Origin: a virus
Lineage: Duplodnaviria; Caudoviricetes
Direction: 5' to 3' (one strand)
Length of the DNA: 64,000 nt
Virus record (IMG/VR): IMGVR_UViG_3300033555_000001
Location: 64,001-128,000 of that record
Part shown: positions 19,495 through 26,929 of the stretch, in pieces
How the letters are laid out: each line of letters opens with the position of its first letter
Numbering within the stretch: the first letter of the stretch is position 1
The notes under the pieces: generated by a model
Told to the model about the DNA's origin: nothing
Seen by the model: the letters and a program-made list of their open reading frames with translations, nothing else
Databases searched by the model: none
Made by a program: the position numbers and the translations under genes

Positions 19495-20163
19495 ATGCTG
19501 ATTACAAACTCTTCCAATAAACTTACCTTTGACGTAAACATTCAAGGTACTGCAGCGCTGCCAACCGTGCGCTGCATGGTAGGAGAATACCCAAGCTTAT
19601 CATTTGACGCAACACGTCTCCCTACTGGCGAGTATGAAGTAATCATAGATTTGCCAGCAAACTTTCGTGTTGGGCCACAGCCGTTTAAAGTCGAGGTGCT
19701 TTTGAACGGGCGGCTGTTTACGCCAATTAATAAAAGCATTGACGTAAGTGCAGGTGATCTGGCGGAAGAGAGTATTCCTGTCCCAGCGCCAAAGCCAGTG
19801 CCGAGCCCGGAACCAATTAAAGAACCAATTAAAGAACCAATTAAAGAACCAACCCCACAACCACCACCAGTTTCCGCAGCAAAAAAAGAGTCGCTGCTTT
19901 CCGCTCTTGAAAATTCAGTTACTGCAAAAAAAGATAAACACACAGCAGTGCCGTCAGTTGCCGTACAGGAATCAATTAAAAAGAAACCAGCACTGGTTAT
20001 CCCAGCGCAGCAAAAGCCAGTGGCGCCAATTAAGTTTACAATGGCTGACATTGCTAATGAATCGTATACCCCAGCGCCTGCAGTAAAGCGGCCAGTAAAA
20101 AGTGCAGAACATACTAAAAATATCCCAGTTACCCTTATCAAGGGTGAGATCATATACCGGTGA
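19495..20163 (+). CDS. Hypothetical protein with Pro/Lys-rich linker
   Basis: Small beta N-domain followed by low-complexity P/K/A region. Confidence 0.75.
   Translation: MLITNSSNKLTFDVNIQGTAALPTVRCMVGEYPSLSFDATRLPTGEYEVIIDLPANFRVGPQPFKVEVLLNGRLFTPINKSIDVSAGDLAEESIPVPAPKPVPSPEPIKEPIKEPIKEPTPQPPPVSAAKKESLLSALENSVTAKKDKHTAVPSVAVQESIKKKPALVIPAQQKPVAPIKFTMADIANESYTPAPAVKRPVKSAEHTKNIPVTLIKGEIIYR
19810..19851 (+). repeat. Perfect 12-bp tandem repeat (GAACCAATTAAA)x3.5 encoding EPIK
   Basis: Read directly from the sequence. Confidence 0.95.
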
Positions 20164-20166
20164 AAC

Positions 20167-20340
20167 ATGAAAACATTAAGCGACAATGTCGTAACTAAAG
20201 AAGATTTACTCGTCCTTACAGCTGAAGTGGCAAAACAGGCAAAGTTACAAATTGAAGAAACAAATAGGGTAAGAATGCTTACTGCTTTATTTTTTCTGGC
20301 TAATTTAGCATTTACTGCTGCGCTGCGCTTTCTGCCATGA
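20167..20340 (+). CDS. Small protein with C-terminal transmembrane helix (57 aa)
   Basis: MKTLSDNVVT...MLTALFFLANLAFTAALRFLP; stop overlaps the next ATG. Confidence 0.65.
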   Translation: MKTLSDNVVTKEDLLVLTAEVAKQAKLQIEETNRVRMLTALFFLANLAFTAALRFLP

Positions 20341-20645
20341 AATTTTTTCTGCCGGCTCTACTACTGCTGGGTAGCTGCACATCCCTTCCTCCCAAGGCAC
20401 CAGGTGCACCAGTCAATACTACTGTGATTTTTAGGACTTGTGAAACGCAGGCCGCAAAAAACTATCCAGTAATAAAGCGATCAGTTCCTCGCAAACGCGC
20501 AAATATCACATGTAACTTGACTGACATCATACGGTGCGATGAGCAACGACACCCACCCGCCGCTCGGTCTGAAGTTGACGTTAATGAAAAACCTCGCCAA
20601 AACTTTATTCTTACTTGCTTAAGAGCAAAACTGAACGGCGCGTAA
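20337..20645 (+). CDS. Predicted lipoprotein
   Basis: MKFFLPALLLLGS-C lipobox, Pro-rich after Cys, four further Cys. Confidence 0.7.
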   Translation: MKFFLPALLLLGSCTSLPPKAPGAPVNTTVIFRTCETQAAKNYPVIKRSVPRKRANITCNLTDIIRCDEQRHPPAARSEVDVNEKPRQNFILTCLRAKLNGA

Positions 20646-20655
20646 TAGAGGCATT

Positions 20656-20681
20656 AGGTGACAAATAGCGTTTTGTCACCT
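20656..20681. terminator. Stem-loop ending the late operon
   Basis: AGGTGACAAA/TTTGTCACCT 10-bp stem, weak U tract. Confidence 0.55.
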
Positions 20682-20685
20682 CTGT

Positions 20686-20730
20686 ACCGTTACACTTTAA
20701 AATACACTTCTTGGTAATACGTGATATTAT
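20686..20730 (+). promoter_or_regulatory. ACCGTTACACTT box plus -10 TATTAT
   Basis: Box 20686-20697; -10 starts at 20725 (39 bp from box start). Confidence 0.75.
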
Positions 20731-20758
20731 AGCTCTGTCATCCTTATAAGGACACGCT

Positions 20759-20923
20759 ATGAACAAGCTGTATTTTGCCGGAATAATTTATTTCCTATTT
20801 TCCCTGTACAGCGCAGTTACAACCAAGAATTGGTTTGGCGTGGTGGGCTGCATTGGCATGATATTCTTCTGTGCTGCTTGCCTCCACGATCGAACAAAAC
20901 CTCCTTCACCACCAGATTACTAA
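20759..20923 (+). CDS. Small two-TM membrane protein (54 aa)
   Basis: MNKLYFAGIIYFLFSLYSAV...WFGVVGCIGMIFFCAAC; AAGGA RBS; first gene after the box promoter. Confidence 0.75.
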   Translation: MNKLYFAGIIYFLFSLYSAVTTKNWFGVVGCIGMIFFCAACLHDRTKPPSPPDY

Positions 20924-20927
20924 TATC

Positions 20928-20933
20928 TAAATA
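20928..20933 (+). promoter_or_regulatory. Late promoter box TAAATA
   Basis: Intergenic cTAAATAc before the MKLSEILNE gene. Confidence 0.65.
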
Positions 20934-20992
20934 CACCAGAATCATATTAAATCGGGTCATCTGGCGCACACATAATTCTTAAAGGTAAAAAC

Positions 20993-21358
20993 GTGAAATT
21001 ATCAGAAATTTTGAATGAAGGTTTTAAGGGCGATTGGGCTATTCTGCCTGCCACAATGACGCTATATGATAAACGCACCGTTGATATTATCCGCGCGGCC
21101 TCCGAATGGACTGAGTGCACTATTTTAGTCTGCCATAATGAAGATGACAGAATCTGTTTTGTTTCGAGTGCAGGAGATGCGTACAAATATTACGCTGGAG
21201 ATGTAGGTAAGTCTTATTCTACACACCACGATCAAACAGGTGTGTCTAAAGGTCGCTACACAATTAAAAATGTTGTGCACTTTTTTGATGGCGAAATTAA
21301 AAACAAAGTCAATGAAGTTGGATTAAAGGAAAAAGCTTCTCTGTCCGTCTTCAAATAA
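20993..21358 (+). CDS. Probable internal head protein
   Basis: MKLSEILNE leader; late box upstream. Confidence 0.6.
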   Translation: MKLSEILNEGFKGDWAILPATMTLYDKRTVDIIRAASEWTECTILVCHNEDDRICFVSSAGDAYKYYAGDVGKSYSTHHDQTGVSKGRYTIKNVVHFFDGEIKNKVNEVGLKEKASLSVFK

Positions 21359-21395
21359 TTTATATTAGGCCAATACCGCGCCAAAAGGATTACTA

Positions 21396-22535
21396 ATGAG
21401 CCAGTTCCCGGTTATTCGCACGCTGAGCGATATCAGCCCTGCTATCGAAAGCAATCATCAAATCAGAGTAAAAGTTGACGACAGCACCGGACATACTGTT
21501 GTTTGCTATATGGTGCAGGACGAGGATACTTTCTCCGGTGATTCGCCTGAGATAGAGCGGGAGTGCCGCGGTATTACTTTTGACAGCGCTGGTAATATTG
21601 CTGCCCGCACCATGCACAAGTTTTTTAATGTTGGCGAGCGGCCAGAGACCATGCCTGATCAGATTGACTGGTCAAAAGTTGATCGAATCATGGAAAAGCG
21701 TGATGGTTCCATGGTGACTCCAGTGCTGACACCACTCGGCCCGTCGCGGTTTAAGTTTAAAACTAAAAAGACTTTTACTTCTCCAGAATCAATTTGCGCG
21801 GACCAGCAGGCAGTATATCAAATTAGATATGACTGGATCGTTGACATGTTGGAGAAAGGATTGACTCCAACCTTTGAAATGACTTCGCCCCGATTTCCAA
21901 TTGTGGTAATGTACAGCGCAGACGAGCTCACACTGCTGCACATCAGAGAAATGGTATCTGGTCGGTATTTGACTGCGGAAGAAATAGTTTTTACGCACCC
22001 GCCGTTTCCAGTTGTAGAAAATATGGTTGCCCAGTTCTGCAGCGAGAGCACACCAAGTCAAGTACAGTGGGAAAAGCTCCGAGTGTTTGCCGAGACTGCC
22101 ACAGGCATGGAAGGCGTTGTTATTCAGTTTCACGGCGGTGAGATGATGAAACTCAAGACTGCTTGGTACATTAGCTTGCACCACTCGGTTGTGTTTACAC
22201 GCTGGAGAGATGTGGCTCGTACTGTGTGCGCTGATCAGGCTGACGATCTCAAAGCTGCATTTACAATGGTGGGGCGTTCAATTGAACCGATCTTGAAAGT
22301 TGAGCGTCGGATTATGAGCGAGATCTCAAATACACAAAACTCTGTAGAAGAACAGGTTAAAATCGGTCGAGCTCTTGATTGGTCGATCAAAGATATGGCA
22401 CTAGCGTTAAGAGATCATCCGCTATTTCCACTGATCATCCGAGAATTTAAGGGTCAAGAGGTAGACTACATGGAACACTATGTTAAAAACTATCTTGATG
22501 ACGGCTGGAGTTTGGAAGTAATTCCTGCTGTTTAA
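21396..22535 (+). CDS. rnlA: RNA ligase 1 (T4 Rnl1/RnlA family)
   Basis: RECRGITF, HKFFNVGE, motif I EKRDGSM, EGVV, KLKTAWY. Confidence 0.92.
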   Translation: MSQFPVIRTLSDISPAIESNHQIRVKVDDSTGHTVVCYMVQDEDTFSGDSPEIERECRGITFDSAGNIAARTMHKFFNVGERPETMPDQIDWSKVDRIMEKRDGSMVTPVLTPLGPSRFKFKTKKTFTSPESICADQQAVYQIRYDWIVDMLEKGLTPTFEMTSPRFPIVVMYSADELTLLHIREMVSGRYLTAEEIVFTHPPFPVVENMVAQFCSESTPSQVQWEKLRVFAETATGMEGVVIQFHGGEMMKLKTAWYISLHHSVVFTRWRDVARTVCADQADDLKAAFTMVGRSIEPILKVERRIMSEISNTQNSVEEQVKIGRALDWSIKDMALALRDHPLFPLIIREFKGQEVDYMEHYVKNYLDDGWSLEVIPAV

Positions 22536-22570
22536 ACTATATTCAATTTCTTTAATCATTGCAGAAAATC

Positions 22571-23017
22571 ATGAAATCTTTTTTAAAAGCGGTATTATGG
22601 GTTGTTGTTCTTTTTATCGGGGTTATTTTTGCTGCTATTTATGCACAGAAAAAATCGGACGAAGCAGGTGCTAAGAAATATAAAGAGTCTTTTGTGTACG
22701 AACGTAGTTTCAATCCAGCTGATGAAATTTATGTAACTGACTGCATGAAACAGGTCAGTTCGTATTTCTTAACCGGAAATTACATAATGGGATTTGAAAA
22801 ATATTATGTTAAAGTGAAGCGCCACAAGGATGAAGACTATATTTTAGTAGCTATTTCTGGAGCTGAACTTAAAAGATCACGTGTACCCAATGAACTTTTT
22901 ATCGCACCACGCGCTATGGAACCTCAAGCGGGATTATGTATATACCGTGAAGGTACTCAAAATCTTGTTGAGACCCATTACTCAACAGGTGCAAAATGGA
23001 TTGTCAAGCAATATTAA
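22571..23017 (+). CDS. Membrane-anchored hypothetical protein
   Basis: N-terminal TM LWVVVLFIGVIFAAIY. Confidence 0.7.
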   Translation: MKSFLKAVLWVVVLFIGVIFAAIYAQKKSDEAGAKKYKESFVYERSFNPADEIYVTDCMKQVSSYFLTGNYIMGFEKYYVKVKRHKDEDYILVAISGAELKRSRVPNELFIAPRAMEPQAGLCIYREGTQNLVETHYSTGAKWIVKQY

Positions 23018-23134
23018 AATGATTCCACTACAACGGGTTGTTAAAAAAAAAGAAATCAACAGGAGTTAACACCAGAAAGCTGTTAATAGAAAACGGACAC
23101 ATATTTAACCAGTAGAACTAAGGAAAAATAAGCG

Positions 23135-23404
23135 GTGCGACAGTCAAAATATAGAAGTCTTCAAGAGGCCCTGGCACAAGCGTTCTGGGGATTTATTGTA
23201 TCTTTGGCGCTGCAAATTTTTCTGTCTCACAAATACAACATGCAGATCTCCCTCATGGATAATCTGCACATCACATTCCTGTTCGCGTTCGTGGGCATGG
23301 TTAAAAGCTACTTTGTTCGCCGTTATATGTCTAAGGGCGATCAAAAAGAGCAAATCGCAGAAGTAGATAAGTCGTTACACTCTTCTGACACCGTTACACT
23401 TTAA
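23135..23404 (+). CDS. Small two-TM phage membrane protein
   Basis: SLQEALAQAFWGFIVSLALQ...FAFVGMVKSYFVRR; AAGGA RBS. Confidence 0.75.
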   Translation: MRQSKYRSLQEALAQAFWGFIVSLALQIFLSHKYNMQISLMDNLHITFLFAFVGMVKSYFVRRYMSKGDQKEQIAEVDKSLHSSDTVTL

Positions 23405-23435
23405 AGTGTACTTTCATCCTGAACTGGTATATTAT
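23390..23435 (+). promoter_or_regulatory. ACCGTTACACTT box, AGTGTACT -35 and TATTAT -10
   Basis: Box 23390; TGTACT 23407-N17-TATTAT 23430; palindrome TACACTTTAAAGTGTA 23395-23410; second GTTACAC at 23374. Confidence 0.85.
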
Positions 23436-23471
23436 TGTCTCATACGCTGAGAACATGATCAGGAGATAAAA

Positions 23472-23903
23472 TTGAAATCAAAAATCACAGAGCAATCAGT
23501 ATTTCAGATTGAAACCAGTATTGCTCAAATCTCTGCAGCTCGCGCTAAAAATACAGATCCGGCCACGCGCGAGTTCCAGCGCAAGACACTTGAAAATTTA
23601 GAAATCAGGCTGCAGTTCGCTGTCAAAGATCGCAACGCAAAAGCTGAAGAATATTTGCGCGAACATGGCGGTGCAGATTGGTGGCAAGCAATTGCTAAAC
23701 TCTATCCTATTACCTTCAGCGAAGAGCTCTGCAAACACATAGTAACAAGTAAAGCACGAGATTGGGAAGATGAGTTGTGCTGGGAATTTGCTGAAAAATA
23801 CGAGGCAGTTGAAAAAGTGCAGCAGTTAATTGTGTGGCTTAATCAAAATCGTGAACGTGGATTTGGCGATCGCGATGCGGATCTGGTCAAACTTGCGCAG
23901 TAA
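23472..23903 (+). CDS. Hypothetical early protein
   Basis: TTG start after AGGAG; first gene after the promoter. Confidence 0.8.
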   Translation: MKSKITEQSVFQIETSIAQISAARAKNTDPATREFQRKTLENLEIRLQFAVKDRNAKAEEYLREHGGADWWQAIAKLYPITFSEELCKHIVTSKARDWEDELCWEFAEKYEAVEKVQQLIVWLNQNRERGFGDRDADLVKLAQ

Positions 23904-23915
23904 CCGGAGAAGAAA

Positions 23916-24134
23916 ATGTATTCGACAAAAGTGGCGTTTGTATTTGTTGTCAATAACAGCAACAGCAAAATTGTCGTGCACGCGCACGATGAAGAAACTG
24001 CGTTTGAGCTAGCGCAGGAACAAGTTGGTGCGGACGGTGGATTTCGTTATAGCCATTGCGTAAGTGGGCCTGGCAACGATGAAAAGTTCGCTGCACAAAC
24101 TGCTCAATTGGAGAACAGCAATGAAACACGGTAA
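23916..24134 (+). CDS. Hypothetical protein
   Basis: GGAG RBS. Confidence 0.75.
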   Translation: MYSTKVAFVFVVNNSNSKIVVHAHDEETAFELAQEQVGADGGFRYSHCVSGPGNDEKFAAQTAQLENSNETR

Positions 24135-24237
24135 ATTTCTGGCTGCGCTCGCACTAATCAGCGCGCTGTGGATTGGGCTGTACTTTCTCGGAATTAACGT
24201 GGTTTCAACAGTTTTTAAGACTTTGTTAGGATCGTAA
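24121..24237 (+). CDS. Small single-TM peptide (38 aa)
   Basis: MKHGKFLAALALISALWIGLYFLGINVV...; GGAG RBS; ends at the terminator. Confidence 0.65.
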   Translation: MKHGKFLAALALISALWIGLYFLGINVVSTVFKTLLGS

Positions 24238-24239
24238 AG

Positions 24240-24274
24240 TTAAGAGGGGTCAGCAGATCCCTCTTAATTCTTTT
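24240..24274 (+). terminator. Intrinsic terminator (possibly bidirectional)
   Basis: TTAAGAGGG/CCCTCTTAA stem then TTCTTTT. Confidence 0.8.
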
Positions 24275-24395
24275 ACTAAGCGCTCTACAGATTAAAAATT
24301 CGGTGTGAGCCAGGCAGTTCAGATGACTCTACGTGTAGAACTGTTCAACACACGCTGTCTCTAGAGACCGTTTAGTCAAAGTTATACTGGAATGA

Positions 24396-24424
24396 AATTA
24401 AGGGAGCCATTGGCTCCCTTAATT
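24396..24424 (-). terminator. Terminator hairpin downstream of phoH
   Basis: AATTAAGGGAGCCA-T-TGGCTCCCTTAATT near-perfect palindrome. Confidence 0.8.
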
Positions 24425-24443
24425 ATTTTAGTGCTCTAAGAGA

Positions 24444-25229
24444 TTAAGCCGTGCGAGTACCACTGCTAAACGAATGGCGTGTCCTGCTTACTTGACCGCC
24501 TTTAGTTTGCTGCTCGTCTGGACCGTCCAAATGAGTTAACAACTCACGAACCAGTGCTGAACGCTGAATATCGCTGTGGCCAAACTCAATCACATTGATA
24601 TTTTTCGACCGACCGCGCAAGCGTCGAGTTAACCACTCCAAACCGTTTTCCGGCAATCCTCGCAAATCACTCTGGGTTACGTCGCCGTTGACCACAAACG
24701 TTGAATACTCACCGGCTCGGGTGACAAACAGTTTGATCTGTTCGATGGTGGTATTCTGAGCTTCATCAAGAATTACATACGCATTGTTAAACGTGCGACC
24801 GCGCATATAGGCAAGAGGTGCAAATTCAATTTTACCAGTCTCAAGTAACTTTTTAGCCATGGTAACACCAACAAGCTCCTCAAGTGCGTCAAGCAGCGGA
24901 CGCAGATATGGGCTAATCTTTTCCTCAAACGTGCCAGGTAAGAAACCAAGATTTTCACCGGCTTCGCATACTGGGCGAGTCAGAACAATTTTTGAGACGT
25001 CGTTTGCTAGAAGTTTCTCGACGCCTACGGCCATTGCGAGAAAAGATTTACCTGAGCCAGCCGGCCCGGTACCTATGGTAAGTGCGGATCCACGAAGAGA
25101 TTCAAGATAGAACTCCTGTGAAATTGACTTTGCTTGAAGTTGCGTTTTAAGGCGTATTACTTTTGTACCCTCTTGGTTAATTGGCTGCGGATATTTTTGC
25201 TTGGTGGTTGTGGCGAGCTTACGACCCAT
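24444..25229 (-). CDS. phoH: PhoH-like ATPase
   Basis: GTGPAGSGKS, LTRP, LGFLPG, PLAYMRGRTF, ILDEAQN, NGDVTQSD; AGGAGG RBS. Confidence 0.97.
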   Translation of the reverse strand: MGRKLATTTKQKYPQPINQEGTKVIRLKTQLQAKSISQEFYLESLRGSALTIGTGPAGSGKSFLAMAVGVEKLLANDVSKIVLTRPVCEAGENLGFLPGTFEEKISPYLRPLLDALEELVGVTMAKKLLETGKIEFAPLAYMRGRTFNNAYVILDEAQNTTIEQIKLFVTRAGEYSTFVVNGDVTQSDLRGLPENGLEWLTRRLRGRSKNINVIEFGHSDIQRSALVRELLTHLDGPDEQQTKGGQVSRTRHSFSSGTRTA

Positions 25230-25431
25230 ACTATCCTCCTAAGGACTGGGTTCACAAACGGCGTCTTCCTAGAGATCTTTCTCCAGGTGACGAACGGGTT
25301 CAACCAGAGGGGCGTCAGGAAAAAGCTGCGACCACAGAATACGGTCGCTCAAAGTTAGGAGTAAGCCCATGATTGTCTCGAGGACAGCCGCGACGTGATG
25401 CGAGGCTGGGGAGTTTGGTTTTAACAAGATA

Positions 25432-25821
25432 TTAGTCTTGCTTTTGCAGGACAAAATTAATCCACTCTACTACTCCAACCGACCGGTTGTGTAGCAAGCT
25501 TTCACCAGCAACAATACAATCCAGCAAATAACTTGCCAGTCGTACGTGGTCACCGTCGCTGAGCGCCTTTAGCGCGTCTTTGACAGCCGTGGTGGTGGAC
25601 TCATCGCCATAATTAACAGGATTTTCAAAATGTAGGTCTACACTCTTCAAACCATTCTTGAAGAACCCAGCCACGCGGGCCAGGATAAATAGCTGATACG
25701 GATTAGTGATTTTACCAGCGGTAACTATTTCCTGCAGCGTCAAGTCAATTAATTGAGTTGAATGGCCAGGAACACCGTAAATAAATTCGTTTTCGTTAAT
25801 GATTGTTTGATGTAGGTTCAT
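25432..25821 (-). CDS. Hypothetical late protein
   Basis: Probable start MNLHQTIINE at 25821, downstream of TAAATA 25847-25852 (minus strand). Confidence 0.7.
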   Translation of the reverse strand: MNLHQTIINENEFIYGVPGHSTQLIDLTLQEIVTAGKITNPYQLFILARVAGFFKNGLKSVDLHFENPVNYGDESTTTAVKDALKALSDGDHVRLASYLLDCIVAGESLLHNRSVGVVEWINFVLQKQD

Positions 25822-25846
25822 AATAGGCTCTGTGTTCTTGATTATA

Positions 25847-25852
25847 TATTTA
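25847..25852 (-). promoter_or_regulatory. Late promoter box TAAATA
   Basis: gcTAAATA context, as at 8186 and 9182. Confidence 0.6.
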
Positions 25853-25902
25853 GCCACTCTTGCCGGTTCGTGTTACTACTGTATGTCTTTAGGAGAAACA
25901 AA

Positions 25903-26121
25903 ATGTCTGAATCTTGGGTTGACACACCACAGGTTGAAATACCAGCACCACATACGTGGGACACGCTGTCCCTTAATAATTTAATTGATGTAAAAAATCA
26001 GTTATTGAACAAACAAAGTATGGCAAGAGGCGCACCAGCCTACGTTAGTGCTATTAACGATTCACTGGCGCAATTAGAGCAGATTATTTCAGAAAAATCT
26101 AGCGATTCGCGCGGCGCTTAG
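25903..26121 (+). CDS. Hypothetical protein
   Basis: AGGAG RBS, MSESWVD start. Confidence 0.75.
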   Translation: MSESWVDTPQVEIPAPHTWDTLSLNNLIDVKNQLLNKQSMARGAPAYVSAINDSLAQLEQIISEKSSDSRGA

Positions 26122-26725
26122 CGGCAGATTTTGTAACTGCGGGTCCGTCGATATACTCTACCACGCGATCTACAAGGCCATATTTCAAACACTCGGCTGG
26201 GGTTAGATACCGGTCGCTTGGAGAAAATAACACGTCCATGATTTGCTTTTTAGACATTGTAGAGTGCTTTAAAAAGTGCTTTACAAATCTTTCCTCGAGC
26301 TGTGCGTACGCAGCGTGTACTGCAATAAGCTCGTGTTGCTTGCCGGAAAAATAACCACTGAACTGGTGCGCCATTACCTCGGCGTTTTTAGTAAGAGTTC
26401 TGAGACCCCTAGTGCCACCGGAAACAAGCAGCACTCCCATTGACGCCACAGTGCCAATACCTACCGTGCTAATCGGCAGTCTAGAAGTTTCCATGAGATC
26501 GATAATTGAAAAGCCCTCGCCAGTTTCACCGCCCACAGTGTTGATCAATATGGTCAGCGGGTCACTTGAGTTACGGGACAGATTGGATTTTAAGATGAAC
26601 TCACAGGCCGCATAAGAAGTATCTATATCAATCTCTCCAAAGAGCATGTGGCACCCAAGGGACTCTAAACTGTGCATATCGTACGGCAATTGGTCATCTA
26701 TCATTGAATCTGCTGTTTTACGCAT
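26099..26725 (-). CDS. clpP: ClpP-like serine protease subunit
   Basis: LFGEID, INTVGG, VASMG (Ser), MAHQ (His), SDRYLTP-E-LKYGLVD (Asp). Confidence 0.92.
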   Translation of the reverse strand: MRKTADSMIDDQLPYDMHSLESLGCHMLFGEIDIDTSYAACEFILKSNLSRNSSDPLTILINTVGGETGEGFSIIDLMETSRLPISTVGIGTVASMGVLLVSGGTRGLRTLTKNAEVMAHQFSGYFSGKQHELIAVHAAYAQLEERFVKHFLKHSTMSKKQIMDVLFSPSDRYLTPAECLKYGLVDRVVEYIDGPAVTKSAAKRRANR

Positions 26726-26748
26726 GGCGTCTCCTGGTGTGTACAGAC

Positions 26749-26754
26749 TATTTA
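26749..26754 (-). promoter_or_regulatory. Late promoter box TAAATA upstream of clpP
   Basis: gTAAATAg on the minus strand, then AGGAG RBS. Confidence 0.7.
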
Positions 26755-26850
26755 CTGCGGCTAAAACGGTACATGTTAGAGTAATCCTGGTTCTAATTGT
26801 GCTGAACCTGAATAATTATAGGCAGTAAATTCTGATATTACAGCTGGCTC

Positions 26851-26856
26851 TAAATA
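26851..26856 (+). promoter_or_regulatory. Late promoter box TAAATA
   Basis: Intergenic cTAAATAg. Confidence 0.75.
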
Positions 26857-26929
26857 GCAGTGCTCTGCCCTTTAAAGCTAGCAGTGTCAGAGCGCTCTTG
26901 TTTCAGCTAGCGGAACTTAAGGAGTCACA

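Noticed and set aside
23019-23110. A9 tract as a phase-variation/frameshift site
   Set aside because: All frames give peptides of about 31 aa or less with no recognisable product
25181-25454. Short ORFs on both strands in the phoH leader
   Set aside because: No RBS, overlap with flanking genes, unremarkable composition; the RNA-structure explanation is preferred but unproven
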